Shown: positions 35,046-45,146 of the stretch, one piece after another
How the letters are laid out: every line of letters starts with the position of its first letter
Numbering within the stretch: position 1 is the first letter of the stretch
Source of the DNA: Candidatus Omnitrophota bacterium
GTDB taxonomy: Bacteria > Omnitrophota > Gorgyraeia > JAGLLT01
DNA: 64,000 bases
NCBI GenBank assembly: GCA_030632085.1
Contig: DAOVJY010000002.1
Location: 77,325 to 141,324 of the forward strand
Direction of reading: 5' to 3'
The notes under the pieces: generated by a model
What the model saw: only the letters and a program-made list of their open reading frames with translations
Databases searched by the model: none
What the model was told of the DNA's origin: nothing
Position numbers and translations under genes: made by a program

Positions 35046-36380
35046 TTGTCAAAGACATTTAAAGGTGGTATTTTCCTTCCGGAAAATAAGCATTTATCAG
35101 AAACCCTGCCAATAGAAATTATTTCTTTACCGAATAGAGTAATCATTCCTCTTGCATTTTATGGCGGTAAGAAATGTGAACCAAATATAAAAGAGGGTGA
35201 TCGGGTAAGCACCGGCCAGGTGCTTTGCGAACCGCAAGAGCATATATCTACTTTTATCCATTCGAGCATTTCAGGTGTTGTAAGTAAAATTGGAGAATTT
35301 CCTCATCCCGTTCTTAAGAAAAGCTATGGAGTGCTTATTGAGTCTGATGGAAAAGATTTAAAGGGATTTGAGGAGGGTGAAAGAAACTGGCAGAGTTTAT
35401 CAGGTGAAGAAATTATTAAAATTATAAAAGAGGCGGGTGTTGTTGGCTTAGGTGGTGCCGGTTTTCCAACGCACGCGAAATTACGTATTCAGGATAAAAA
35501 ACAAGTTGACGCATTTTTAATTAACTTAATTGAGTGTGAACCATATTTAACGGTTGATTATCGTTTAGCTTTAGAGAGATTTGATGAAATACTATCCGGT
35601 ATTAATATTCTGCTTAAGGTTTTAAGAGCTGAGAAAGCCTATCTGGCGGTTGCTGCCGATAAAAAAGAACTAATAGAGCATTTAAGCGTTAAAACGCGCG
35701 AAAGCAAAAATGTTGAAATAATTACTTTAAAGCATAAGTACCCGCAAGGAGAAGAAAGCCAGTTGATTAAAGCGGCCCTGGGAAGAATTATCCCTAAGGG
35801 CAAATTACCTTGTGATGTAGGAGTTGTGGTTGATAATGTGCAAACTGTTTATGCTGTTTTTGAGGCTGTCTGCCGCAAAAAACCTTTTTATGAAAGAGTT
35901 ATTACCGTTACCGGCCGGGGCATTAAAGAACCCAAGAATTTATTGGTTCGTATTGGCACCAGATTGCAGGACATTATTAATTATTGCGGCGGGTTTCAAG
36001 CTGATAAATTAAGAATAATTTATGGAGGCCCTATGATGGGTGTAGCTCAGGATAATTTAGATATGCCTATTACTAAGGAGACATCCGGTATTATATGCCT
36101 GCCTTTTAATAAAAAAGAAGAAATAAAAGAATCAGCTTGTCTTAGGTGTGGTAGATGTGTTGATGTTTGTCCCAGAAATTTATTACCCCTTGAAATGAAT
36201 AGGCTCATAAAAAATAAAAAATGGGATGAGCTGGAAGCGTATAATATTTCCGAGTGTATGCTTTGCGGTGCTTGTAACTATATTTGTCCGGCTAACATAC
36301 CCTTAGCCGCTAGAATGGCTTTAGGCAAAAGAGCATTAACCAGCATTAAGAAGGTAAGGTCAAGAAAAAATGGCAGCTGA
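35046..36380 (+). CDS. rnfC: Rnf complex subunit C
   Basis: TFKGGI, AGVVGLGGAGFPTHAK, ECEPYLT, YPQGEE, GGPMMG, two CxxCxxCxxxCP motifs. Confidence 0.95.
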   Translation: MSKTFKGGIFLPENKHLSETLPIEIISLPNRVIIPLAFYGGKKCEPNIKEGDRVSTGQVLCEPQEHISTFIHSSISGVVSKIGEFPHPVLKKSYGVLIESDGKDLKGFEEGERNWQSLSGEEIIKIIKEAGVVGLGGAGFPTHAKLRIQDKKQVDAFLINLIECEPYLTVDYRLALERFDEILSGINILLKVLRAEKAYLAVAADKKELIEHLSVKTRESKNVEIITLKHKYPQGEESQLIKAALGRIIPKGKLPCDVGVVVDNVQTVYAVFEAVCRKKPFYERVITVTGRGIKEPKNLLVRIGTRLQDIINYCGGFQADKLRIIYGGPMMGVAQDNLDMPITKETSGIICLPFNKKEEIKESACLRCGRCVDVCPRNLLPLEMNRLIKNKKWDELEAYNISECMLCGACNYICPANIPLAARMALGKRALTSIKKVRSRKNGS

Positions 36381-37305
36381 TTTTATTATATCAGATTCAC
36401 CATATATTCATTCAGGCAAGTCAACTAAAAAAATAATGTTTTTAGTTATGCTTGCTTTACTGCCGGCAATATTTGCCTCTGTATATTACTTTCGCGCGGG
36501 TGCTATATACTTAATTTCCACTTGTGTTATTAGCTGTGTCGTTTTTGAATACCTTATTCGGAAAATACGGCATAAAGAAACAACAATTTATGATTTAAGC
36601 GCGGTTGTGACCGGTATATTAATGGCTTTAATTTTACCTCCTAATTTTCCTTTGGGGGCGGCGGTTGTTGGTTGTTTGGCGGCCGTTTTTTTAGGCAAAG
36701 AGGTTTTTGGCGGCTTAGGCTCAAATATCTTTAATCCGGCATTAGTCGGCAGAGCTTTTTTGATGGCTACATTTCCCGTTTTAACTACTACCTGGTGTGA
36801 ACCATTTAGCCTGCAGGCGGTGACTACAGCTACACCTTTAGGGCTTATGAAATTTCAAAATGTAACAACCGATTTACAATCTTTGTTTTGGGGTAACGTT
36901 TCAGGTTCTCTGGGTGAGACGTCAGCCATCGCTTTACTTTTAGGTGGCATAATTCTCTTGCTATACAGAGTTATCGATTGGAGGATACCTTTTGGTTATA
37001 TAGTTACGGTAGCACTTATTTCCTTGGGCTTTCATTCAGCTAATCCCGCGAGTTACGCGGGCCCTCTTTTTGAAATATTAGCCGGTGGTTTAATTATTGG
37101 AGCTTTTTTTATGGCGTCTGATCCGGTAACTTCTCCTGTAACAAAAAAAGGCAGGTTAATTTTTGGCGCGGGTTGCGGTTTATTAACTATGATTATTAGG
37201 TATTGGGGTGGTTTGCCCGAAGGTGTTATGTATTCAATACTTTTCATGAATGCTCTTAGGCCGCTAATTGATAAGTTTACCCGGCCGATTTGTTTTGGAG
37301 GTTGA
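36370..37305 (+). CDS. rnfD: Rnf complex subunit D
   Basis: SPYIH, FGGLGSNIFNPA, TTATPL FMN site, GSLGETS, DPVTSP. Confidence 0.95.
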   Translation: MAADFIISDSPYIHSGKSTKKIMFLVMLALLPAIFASVYYFRAGAIYLISTCVISCVVFEYLIRKIRHKETTIYDLSAVVTGILMALILPPNFPLGAAVVGCLAAVFLGKEVFGGLGSNIFNPALVGRAFLMATFPVLTTTWCEPFSLQAVTTATPLGLMKFQNVTTDLQSLFWGNVSGSLGETSAIALLLGGIILLLYRVIDWRIPFGYIVTVALISLGFHSANPASYAGPLFEILAGGLIIGAFFMASDPVTSPVTKKGRLIFGAGCGLLTMIIRYWGGLPEGVMYSILFMNALRPLIDKFTRPICFGG

Positions 37306-37309
37306 TCAT

Positions 37310-37855
37310 ATGAAGCAGAGTTTTAAAATGATATTTTCTCTTTGTTTGATAGCTGTTGTCTCAGCGGTTGTTTTAGCTAAGGTTTACCAGATTACGCAGC
37401 CGGCGATTACAGCTAATGAGAAGAAGGCTACCGAGGTTGCCGTATATAAAGTTGTGAGCGCGGCCAACAGCTACAAAGAAGCTAAAATTGGTGAAATCGA
37501 TATCTTTAAATGTTATGATGAAAATAACAAACTCTGTGGGTTTGCTTTTACCGTTGAGGGAGTAGGTTATCAGGATTTAATTAAAGTTATGGTTGGAGTC
37601 AGTGCTGATTTTAATAAAATATTAGCAATTGAGGTTTTAGAGAATAGTGAAACACCGGGCTTGGGCAATAAGATAGAAACTCCCTGGTTTGAAAATCAAT
37701 TTCAGAATTTAGATCTTCAAAATAAAATAACTGTAGTAAAAGGAGTTCCTCAAAAAAATTCAGAGATACAAGCAATAACGGGGGCAACTATTTCTTCAGA
37801 GGCGGTAGTTGATATTGTTAATAATAAGATTGAAGAACTAAAAAAGTCTAAGTGA
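37310..37855 (+). CDS. rnfG: Rnf complex subunit G
   Basis: ATG after GGAGG; TM; ETPGLG, AITGATISS FMN-binding motif. Confidence 0.95.
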   Translation: MKQSFKMIFSLCLIAVVSAVVLAKVYQITQPAITANEKKATEVAVYKVVSAANSYKEAKIGEIDIFKCYDENNKLCGFAFTVEGVGYQDLIKVMVGVSADFNKILAIEVLENSETPGLGNKIETPWFENQFQNLDLQNKITVVKGVPQKNSEIQAITGATISSEAVVDIVNNKIEELKKSK

Positions 37856-37858
37856 TAA

Positions 37859-38485
37859 ATGCGAAAGATTAATGTATTATTTAGTGATTTTATAAAAGGG
37901 CTCTGGCAGGAGAACCCGATATTCCGCCTGCTTATTGGTATGTGTCCTACCTTGGCGGTTACAAGTCAGGTGAAAAATGGTTTAGCTATGGGTTTAGCTA
38001 CCACTTTTACTTTGCTTGCTTCAAGTACAATAATTTCTATATTTAGAAATTTTATTCCAAAAGAAGTTAGAATTCCTTCATATATAGTAATAATTGCTAC
38101 TTTTGTTACTATCGTTTCGCTTTTTTTAAAAGCAAACTTCCCGGAAATAAGTAAAGAATTGGGGCCTTATGTGCCGCTCATTATTGTAAACTGCCTCATC
38201 TTAGGCAGGCAGGAAGCTTTTGCTTCAAAAAATCCTACACATCGGGCTATAGCAGATGCTTTGGGCATGGGAATAGGTTTTACTCTTTCGCTGATAGCCT
38301 TGTCGTCGGTAAGAGAAGTTTTGGGCATGGGGACTCTATTGGGGCATCAGGTAATTTTTGGTAATTTTAGGCCCTGGATTATAATGTTAACTCCACCGGG
38401 AGCTTTTTTAACCTTAGGGTTACTTTTAGGTTTGGTAAATATAATTAATAAGGCCGTTAAAAACAGGAAAAAGAAGAAACAATAA
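37859..38485 (+). CDS. rnfE: Rnf complex subunit E
   Basis: ENP, GMCPTLAVT, PLIIVNC, PPGAF. Confidence 0.95.
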   Translation: MRKINVLFSDFIKGLWQENPIFRLLIGMCPTLAVTSQVKNGLAMGLATTFTLLASSTIISIFRNFIPKEVRIPSYIVIIATFVTIVSLFLKANFPEISKELGPYVPLIIVNCLILGRQEAFASKNPTHRAIADALGMGIGFTLSLIALSSVREVLGMGTLLGHQVIFGNFRPWIIMLTPPGAFLTLGLLLGLVNIINKAVKNRKKKKQ

Positions 38486-39073
38486 ATGGTAAAAGAATTA
38501 ATTTTAGTTTTTATCGCCACAGTATTAATAAATAATTTTGTCCTGAAATATTTTTTAGGTATTTGTCCCTTTTTGGGTGTATCTGATAAACTTTCTTCAG
38601 CGATTAGCATGGGGTTCGCGACCACTTTTGTAATGACCATTACCGCTCCGGTCGCCTGGCTGATAAATAATTATATTTTAATTAAATTCGACCTCCCTTT
38701 TTTGCAGTATGTCTGTTTTATTATAGTTATTGCTTCATTGGTTCAATTTGTTGAAATGGTGATAAAAAAGTTTTTTCCTTTACTGCATCAATCAATGGGA
38801 ATTTATTTACCTTTAATAACAACTAATTGCGCGATTCTTTTCATGACATTGCAGTTGGTTTTAAGAGAGTATTCTTTAATTAAAAGTATGGTCTTTGGAT
38901 TTGGTTCCGGAATAGGTTTTACTCTGGCTATAGCTATTATGGCTTCCATTAGAGAAGAACTGGAATTTCGGGATGTACCTGAATCCTTAAAAGGCCCGGG
39001 CATTACTTTAATAATCGCCGGCATTTTAGCTCTTATCTTTGTGGGCTTGGCCGGCTTGATACAGGTTAGATAA
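38486..39073 (+). CDS. rnfA: Rnf complex subunit A
   Basis: NNFVL, FLGICPFLGVS, LPLITTNCA. Confidence 0.95.
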   Translation: MVKELILVFIATVLINNFVLKYFLGICPFLGVSDKLSSAISMGFATTFVMTITAPVAWLINNYILIKFDLPFLQYVCFIIVIASLVQFVEMVIKKFFPLLHQSMGIYLPLITTNCAILFMTLQLVLREYSLIKSMVFGFGSGIGFTLAIAIMASIREELEFRDVPESLKGPGITLIIAGILALIFVGLAGLIQVR

Positions 39074-39076
39074 AAA

Positions 39077-39355
39077 ATGAATATAGTCTTATTGTCAGCG
39101 ATTGTAATGGCTGTGCTGGCTGGAATCCTGGGAGCTATATTAAGTTTCGCGTATAGCAAGCTTAAAGTAGAAGAGGATCCCCGCAGGGAACAGTTGATGG
39201 ACCTTTTGCCGGGAGCTAACTGCGGCGCTTGCGGTGCCGCGAGTTGTGCCGACTTTGCCGATAAATTAATAAAAGGTGAAGCTGATATTTCTAAATGCCG
39301 AATTAGCCTACGTGATGAAGACAATCTGCTCAAGATTAAAGAATTGCTTAAGTGA
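39077..39355 (+). CDS. rnfB: Miniature RnfB (membrane anchor plus single FeS domain only)
   Basis: TM, VEEDPR, LPGANCGACGAASC...C; stop at 92 aa with no ferredoxin-type motifs. Confidence 0.85.
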   Translation: MNIVLLSAIVMAVLAGILGAILSFAYSKLKVEEDPRREQLMDLLPGANCGACGAASCADFADKLIKGEADISKCRISLRDEDNLLKIKELLK

Positions 39356-39359
39356 TAAT

Positions 39360-39535
39360 TAGTATTGTAAGTCACAAGACATAAGAAATAAAAAGTTACA
39401 AGACACAAGTCACAAGAGACAAGCAATAGCAAAGAGACAAAAAGCGAAGAGCAAAAAAACAAGAAATAAGAAACAAGTATAAAGTCACAAGTCACATGAC
39501 ACAAGTAAGAAACAAAAAAATAAAAACAAAAGAAC
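39360..39535 (+). repeat. A-rich 7-nt-periodic tract
   Basis: AAGTCAC AAGACAT AAGAAAT ... AAGACAC AAGTCAC AAGAGAC ... AAGTCAC AAGTCAC ATGACAC. Confidence 0.8.
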
Positions 39536-39592
39536 ATATCTGAAACGCCGCGTATATTATAATTCGGATGTGTCCCTAATTTTAAAAAAGGC

Positions 39593-39621
39593 TTGACAAC
39601 CATTTTGAACAATGGTAAAAT
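39593..39621 (+). promoter_or_regulatory. pyr operon promoter
   Basis: TTGACA-17 nt-TAAAAT with TG extension. Confidence 0.8.
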
Positions 39622-39638
39622 AACTCAAATAATTAAAA

Positions 39639-39671
39639 CCTTTTAACTTGGCACTGTGAGGCCAGGAAAGG
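39639..39671 (+). promoter_or_regulatory. PyrR-binding leader hairpin (variant)
   Basis: CCTTTTAA..TGGCACTGTGAGGCCA..GAAAGG resembles the CUUUAA / ARUCCNGNGAGGYU PyrR site; lies between promoter and pyrR. Confidence 0.65.
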
Positions 39672-39705
39672 CAAAAGATGGAAAAACCATATATACAAAA
39701 TCATA

Positions 39706-39739
39706 AACCTACTCAGGCAACTGGGTTGGTTATTTTTTT
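39706..39739 (+). terminator. Attenuator terminator in pyr leader
   Basis: AACCTACTCAG GCAA CTGGGTTGGTT followed by a T-tract. Confidence 0.7.
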
Positions 39740-39773
39740 GTCTATTTTTGGCGGTAAAAAAAGGACATAATTT

Positions 39774-40325
39774 ATGAGTAACGATAAGATTAAAATAATT
39801 ATGGATGAAGAGCAGATTAAAAGAGCTCTTATAAGAATCAGCCATGAAATTCTAGAAAAAAACAAAGGTACAAAAGATTTGGCTATTATAGGCATTAGGA
39901 ATCGGGGAGCTTTTTTGGCTGAAAGAATAGCGGCTTTGATTAAAGAGATAGATTCAAAAGAAGTACCCATTGGTATTCTGGATATAACTCTATATCGTGA
40001 CGATTTAACAACCATTGCCTGGCAGCCCGTAGTCCATAAAACCGAGATAGATTTTGACATCGGTGAAAAGAATATTATTTTGGTTGATGATGTGCTTTTT
40101 ACGGGAAGGACCATTAGGTCGGCTCTTGATGCCCTGATTGATTTTGGCAGGCCGGCTAATATTCAGTTAGCTATTTTAGTTGATAGAGGGCATAGAGAGC
40201 TACCCATTAGGGCTGATTATGTAGGTAAGAATGTACCGACTTCGTTGGGTGAGGCGGTTGATGTCCGTTTAGATGAAGTAGATAAAAAAGAAGAAGTGTG
40301 TGTAAGAAAGGTTGATGAGAAATGA
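39774..40325 (+). CDS. pyrR: Pyrimidine operon regulator / uracil phosphoribosyltransferase PyrR
   Basis: [44 protein letters not shown]. Confidence 0.97.
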   Translation: MSNDKIKIIMDEEQIKRALIRISHEILEKNKGTKDLAIIGIRNRGAFLAERIAALIKEIDSKEVPIGILDITLYRDDLTTIAWQPVVHKTEIDFDIGEKNIILVDDVLFTGRTIRSALDALIDFGRPANIQLAILVDRGHRELPIRADYVGKNVPTSLGEAVDVRLDEVDKKEEVCVRKVDEK

Positions 40326-41263
40326 AATGGCGGCGAAGAAATTTATTAAGCCTGGAAGATCTTGATAAAGAAGAAATTATCCATATTTTGAACACAACCA
40401 CTTCTTTTAAAGAGATATCTAAAAGGCCCATTAAAAAAGTTCCGGCCTTGAGAGGCAAAACAATAGCAACTTTATTCTTAGAGCCCTCAACCAGGACCAG
40501 AGCATCTTTTGAATTGGCGGCTAAGCGTCTTTCGGCTGATGTGGTCAGCATTTATTCTTCAAGCAGCTCAATCTTAAAAGGAGAAACTCTAAGAGATACC
40601 GCCCGCAATATTGAAGCTATGAATATAGATGCCATAATCATAAGGCATTCCTCGAGCGGTTCTCCGCTTGTATTATCAAGATATGTTAAAGTACCTGTGA
40701 TTAATGCCGGCGACGGGTCTCATGAGCACCCAACACAGGCTCTACTTGATATTTACACAATTAGAGAAAAGAAGAAAAACCTTAAAGGCTTAAAGGTGAG
40801 TATTATCGGAGATATACTGCATTCAAGAGTAGCCAGAAGTAATATCTGGGGTTTGAGTAAGCTTGGGGCTAAAGTCTGCGTTTGCGGCCCGGCTACTTTA
40901 CTACCGTCTGAGATTGAAAAATTGCCTACAAAAGTAACTTATAAAATAGATGAAGCTTTAAAAGACGCTGATGTTGTAATTACTCTGAGAATCCAGCTTG
41001 AGAGGCAAAAAGATAAGTTCTTTCCTTCCTTACGAGAGTATGCCAGAGAGTATGGCCTCAACAGTCAAAATATAAAGCTAGCTAAAAAGGATGTTCTTGT
41101 AATGCATCCGGGGCCCATTAATCGCGGCATTGAGTTATCACAGGAGGTTGCCGACGGCCCCCATTCGGTAATACTGGAGCAGGTAACTAACGGCGTGGCT
41201 GTGCGCATGGCCGTTTTATACCTTCTTTTGCAAAAGGAGGGAAAAAATGAATCTGCTAATTAA
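40322..41263 (+). CDS. pyrB: Aspartate carbamoyltransferase
   Basis: [28 protein letters not shown]. Confidence 0.97.
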   Translation: MKWRRRNLLSLEDLDKEEIIHILNTTTSFKEISKRPIKKVPALRGKTIATLFLEPSTRTRASFELAAKRLSADVVSIYSSSSSILKGETLRDTARNIEAMNIDAIIIRHSSSGSPLVLSRYVKVPVINAGDGSHEHPTQALLDIYTIREKKKNLKGLKVSIIGDILHSRVARSNIWGLSKLGAKVCVCGPATLLPSEIEKLPTKVTYKIDEALKDADVVITLRIQLERQKDKFFPSLREYAREYGLNSQNIKLAKKDVLVMHPGPINRGIELSQEVADGPHSVILEQVTNGVAVRMAVLYLLLQKEGKNESAN

Positions 41264-42530
41264 AGGAGCCAGACTTATAAGCCCGGTCGACAACCTGGAT
41301 AAAGAGCAGGATGTCCTTATTGAAAAAGGGTTAATAAAAAAGATAGCCAAAGGCATAAAAGATCCTAAAGCGAAAGTTATTGAAGCCAAAGGAAAAATTG
41401 TATCTCCGGGATTAATTGATATGCACACTCACCTAAGAGAGCCCGGCAGGGAAGATAAAGAAACTCTTTATACCGGCGCCAGGGCAGCCGTAAGAGGAGG
41501 TTTTACTTCTATAGCGTGCATGGCTAATACCGATCCTCCTCTGGATAGTGAGCAGGATATGGAGTTTGTATTGAGCGAAGCTAAAAAGATTAGCCTGATT
41601 GATATACTGCCCATAGGAGCCGTAACGCTTAAGATGGAACAAAAGCAGTTAACTGAAATTGCCAAACTCAAAAAAGCCGGAGCGGTCGCTCTTTCTGAAG
41701 ATGGGCATACTATTTTGGATAGTAATTTTTTCAGGCGAGCCTTGGAATACGCGAACATGTATGACTTGATTGTAATTTGTCATTGTGAGGATAGTTATCT
41801 TGCCAATGGCGGACAGATAAATGAAGGGTATATGAGTACGCTTTTAGGCCTAAAAGGAATTCCGAATGAAGCTGAGAGTATTATTGTCTCCAGAGATATA
41901 AGCTTAGCTCGCGTTGCCAATGCCCGGATTCATATAGCTCATGCCAGCACTAAAGAATCAATTGATTTAATAAGGCAGGCTAAGAAAGAAAAAATAAAAA
42001 TAACAGCTGAAACCTGCCCGCATTATTTCTTGCTATCGGATGAAGATTTAAAAAATTACAACACTAATTTAAAAGTCAACCCGCCGCTTAGGGCTAAAAA
42101 AGATATAGAAGCCGTAAAAGAAGCTTTAGCTGACGGCACTATTGATATAATTAGTTCCGATCACGCTCCTCATTTAGAGAGCGAAAAAGATTTGGAGTTT
42201 AATAAAGCTCCCTTTGGAATGATTGGCCTGGAAACCAGCCTGGCGGCTTCATTTAAGTTGGTGGAAGATAAGACGCTGAAAATAGAAGAATTGATAATTA
42301 AGATGGCCTCAAAGGCAGCTGAGATATTCAATTTAAAGGCCGGAACAATTAAAGAGGGAGCCTTTGCTGATTTAACTATCATTAATCCCGCGAGCCCCTG
42401 GCGGGTAAAGAGAGAGGAGTTTGAGTCAAAGAGCTCTAACTCTCCTTTTATAGGTAATGAATTTAACGCCAGAGTAGAGGCGGTTGTTTCTAAGGGTAGA
42501 GTTGTGATGGAGAATTTCAAAATTGTTTAA
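41247..42530 (+). CDS. pyrC: Dihydroorotase
   Basis: [27 protein letters not shown]. Confidence 0.96.
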   Translation: MNLLIKGARLISPVDNLDKEQDVLIEKGLIKKIAKGIKDPKAKVIEAKGKIVSPGLIDMHTHLREPGREDKETLYTGARAAVRGGFTSIACMANTDPPLDSEQDMEFVLSEAKKISLIDILPIGAVTLKMEQKQLTEIAKLKKAGAVALSEDGHTILDSNFFRRALEYANMYDLIVICHCEDSYLANGGQINEGYMSTLLGLKGIPNEAESIIVSRDISLARVANARIHIAHASTKESIDLIRQAKKEKIKITAETCPHYFLLSDEDLKNYNTNLKVNPPLRAKKDIEAVKEALADGTIDIISSDHAPHLESEKDLEFNKAPFGMIGLETSLAASFKLVEDKTLKIEELIIKMASKAAEIFNLKAGTIKEGAFADLTIINPASPWRVKREEFESKSSNSPFIGNEFNARVEAVVSKGRVVMENFKIV

Positions 42531-42554
42531 CTTTTTACAAGGAGGCGCGTTGTG

Positions 42555-42842
42555 ATGAAAAAGTTTTTTTATGTTTTGCTTGTTTTAATATGTATTAGTT
42601 TTATATTAACGGTTCAGGGATGTAATTTTTCCAAAAATTCCACCGGTAATAGGCAGTTAGCCGGTAAGCAAAAAGTTCAGGCTGAAGATTGGCTGCACAG
42701 TGCTGACCTTCTGTATAATGTAAAAGATTATAGCTTCGCGCTTGAATATTATAAGAAGGTTGTAAAATATTATCCGGGAACCAAGTACGCGTCTGAAGCC
42801 CAAAAGAAAATGGATGAAATTCAGAGCACAAAGATCAATTAG
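42555..42842 (+). CDS. Small TPR/BamD-like lipoprotein
   Basis: Lipobox VQGC; ALEYYKKVVKYYPGTKYASEA. Confidence 0.75.
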   Translation: MKKFFYVLLVLICISFILTVQGCNFSKNSTGNRQLAGKQKVQAEDWLHSADLLYNVKDYSFALEYYKKVVKYYPGTKYASEAQKKMDEIQSTKIN

Positions 42843-42848
42843 CCAAAA

Positions 42849-44081
42849 ATGGAAGTAGTTGTTGATTTTCACATACATTCTAAGTATTCCAGAGCTACAA
42901 GCAAAAATATGGATGTTGAGCATTTGAGTTCGGCCGCGAAGATTAAAGGTATTGATTTAATTGGAACAGGTGATTTTACTCATCCTCAATGGCTCCTTGA
43001 ATTAAAAAGTGGTTTATCTGAAGCCGCGCCCGGTATATACGAAGGCAACGGAACACATTTTGTTCTATCCGCGGAAGTAAACAACATTTATACTAAAACG
43101 CAAAAGTCACGCCGCGTCCATAATCTCCTCATAGCTCCAAATTTTAAAGTGGTTGAAGAGATAAATAAAGCCTTAAGTGAATACGGAGACCTTTTTGCCG
43201 ATGGCAGGCCGATACTTAAACTCGATGCCAAGAAAATGCTTATAATTTTGAGGTCAATAAGCCATGATATATATGTGATTCCGGCTCATTTATGGACACC
43301 CTGGTTCGGGCTTCTGGGTTCGGTAACCGGTTTTAATTCCGTAGAAGAGTGTTTTGAAGAGGAAACAGATAACATTTACGCCGTAGAAACCGGACTAAGC
43401 AGCGACCCGGCTATGAATTGGAGATTAAGTAAATTGGATAAGTTTTGTTTAATATCAAATTCCGACGCCCATTCTCCAAAGAATTTAGGCCGCGAAGTGA
43501 ATATATTTGATTGTGAAATTGATTATTACAAAATAATGGATATTATAAAAAAACGAAACAATAATAAATTTCTTTATACGGTTGAATTTTTCCCTCAAGA
43601 GGGTAAATATCATTATGATGGACACAGGGCTTGTAATCAATGCCTTAGCCCAAAAGAGACTATAAAAAATAATTATAAATGCCCCGTTTGTAAAAAAAAA
43701 GTAACTGTAGGCGTGATGCACAGGGTTGAGGAACTGTCTGATAGGGAGGAAGGTTTTAAAGATAAAAAGTTTATACCTTTTAAGAATATAATCCCTCTGC
43801 GTGAGATTATATCAGAAGCCAAGCAAGTGGGTGTAGACACAAAGGCGGTTCAAACTGAATATAATTATATAATTTCAAGGGCGGGTACGGAATTTGAAGC
43901 TTTACTTAAAAAGTCTAAGGAAGAATTAAAAACTTTTTGCAGCCCTAAAGTAGCAAAAGGGATTATAAGAGTTAGAAACGCCCAGGTGGATATTCATCCC
44001 GGCTATGATGGTGAGTATGGTAAAATAAATATCTTCAACGACGAGGATTCAAATAAAGATAAGCAGCTTACTTTGTTTTAA
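42849..44081 (+). CDS. Endonuclease Q family protein (PHP domain plus zinc finger)
   Basis: DFHIHSKYSRATS, GTGDFTHP, PAHLWTPW, ETGLSSD, SNSDAHS, GKYH, C-x2-C...CPVC, PGYDGEYG. Confidence 0.88.
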   Translation: MEVVVDFHIHSKYSRATSKNMDVEHLSSAAKIKGIDLIGTGDFTHPQWLLELKSGLSEAAPGIYEGNGTHFVLSAEVNNIYTKTQKSRRVHNLLIAPNFKVVEEINKALSEYGDLFADGRPILKLDAKKMLIILRSISHDIYVIPAHLWTPWFGLLGSVTGFNSVEECFEEETDNIYAVETGLSSDPAMNWRLSKLDKFCLISNSDAHSPKNLGREVNIFDCEIDYYKIMDIIKKRNNNKFLYTVEFFPQEGKYHYDGHRACNQCLSPKETIKNNYKCPVCKKKVTVGVMHRVEELSDREEGFKDKKFIPFKNIIPLREIISEAKQVGVDTKAVQTEYNYIISRAGTEFEALLKKSKEELKTFCSPKVAKGIIRVRNAQVDIHPGYDGEYGKINIFNDEDSNKDKQLTLF

Positions 44082-44106
44082 AGGGATTAAATTACAAGGA
44101 GAAACA

Positions 44107-45126
44107 ATGAAGAAAGCGTACTTGGTTTTAGAAAACGGCGAGGTTCTGGAAGGTAATTCCTTTGGGGCAAAAAAAGAGGTTGTCGGACACGTGGTTTTTA
44201 ATACGAATATGATGGGTTACCAGGAAGTTATAACCGATCCCGCTTATGCTGACTGCCTGGTAGTTATTACATACCCGCTTATCGGGGCTTGCGGAGTAAA
44301 TGAGAATGATCATAACTCTCATATCGGCGCGGCGAGAGGATTAATTATAAAAGAATATTCGCGAACAGTTTCAAACTGGCAGGCGAGTATGAGCTTGGAA
44401 GATTTCATGAAGAAAAAAGGTATTGTCGGAATTGAGGGAGTTGACACAAGATATTTGACAAGACACGTTGTAAATAGCGGTATTCAAAAAGGGATGATAA
44501 CTAACACAAAAAACAATATTAAATCTCTTTTAAAAAAAATGCGGCAACATAAAGAAGACAGGCTCTATAAAAAAGTTAGCTGTAAGAAAGCTTATAATTG
44601 GGCCGCGAATAAAAAAGCAAAAAAAACCGCCGTAGTTCTTGATTATGGAGTTACTTTCAACCTTTTAAACTGGCTTTCAGAGCAAGATTTTAAGGTGAAG
44701 GTACTGCCGGCAGATACAATTTCTGATAAAATATTAAAGGAAAAAGCGGACTTAATTGTTCTATCAAACGGGCCCGGCAGTCCGCTTGAAGCTAAAAAAG
44801 AAGTTGATAATATCAGTAAACTGCTAGGTGAAAAACCTATTATTGCTTTCGGTTTAGGCAGCTGCTTTCTTGCTATTGCCTTGGGAGCTAAAGTAGAGGC
44901 ATTAAAGTCAGGCCATTACGGTTTCAATAAGGCGATTAAAGATTTAAGGGCCAATAAAGTTTATATAACGCAGCAAGATCACCGTTTTGCCGTTAATAAA
45001 GATTCTTTACCAAAAGAAACCGAATTAATAAGTATTAATTTACACGATGATACACTTGAGGCTTATTCAAATAAGAAGTTTAAGGCGGCGGGTTATTGTT
45101 ATTTACCAACTACAATAAATATTTAA
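44107..45126 (+). CDS. carA: Carbamoyl-phosphate synthase small subunit, glutaminase triad apparently lost
   Basis: GYQEVITDP, GVDTR, SNGPG conserved; GICLG reads AFGLG and HPE reads LPT. Confidence 0.88.
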   Translation: MKKAYLVLENGEVLEGNSFGAKKEVVGHVVFNTNMMGYQEVITDPAYADCLVVITYPLIGACGVNENDHNSHIGAARGLIIKEYSRTVSNWQASMSLEDFMKKKGIVGIEGVDTRYLTRHVVNSGIQKGMITNTKNNIKSLLKKMRQHKEDRLYKKVSCKKAYNWAANKKAKKTAVVLDYGVTFNLLNWLSEQDFKVKVLPADTISDKILKEKADLIVLSNGPGSPLEAKKEVDNISKLLGEKPIIAFGLGSCFLAIALGAKVEALKSGHYGFNKAIKDLRANKVYITQQDHRFAVNKDSLPKETELISINLHDDTLEAYSNKKFKAAGYCYLPTTINI

Positions 45127-45146
45127 ATTAAAGGAGACATACTTTT

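Noticed and set aside
38803-39612. 269-aa minus-strand ORF (also 50050-50364 -, 55772-55963 -, 56129-56338 -)
   Set aside because: Antisense read-through of rnf/tRNA genes and T-rich complements of heptamer tracts, which are poor in stop codons.
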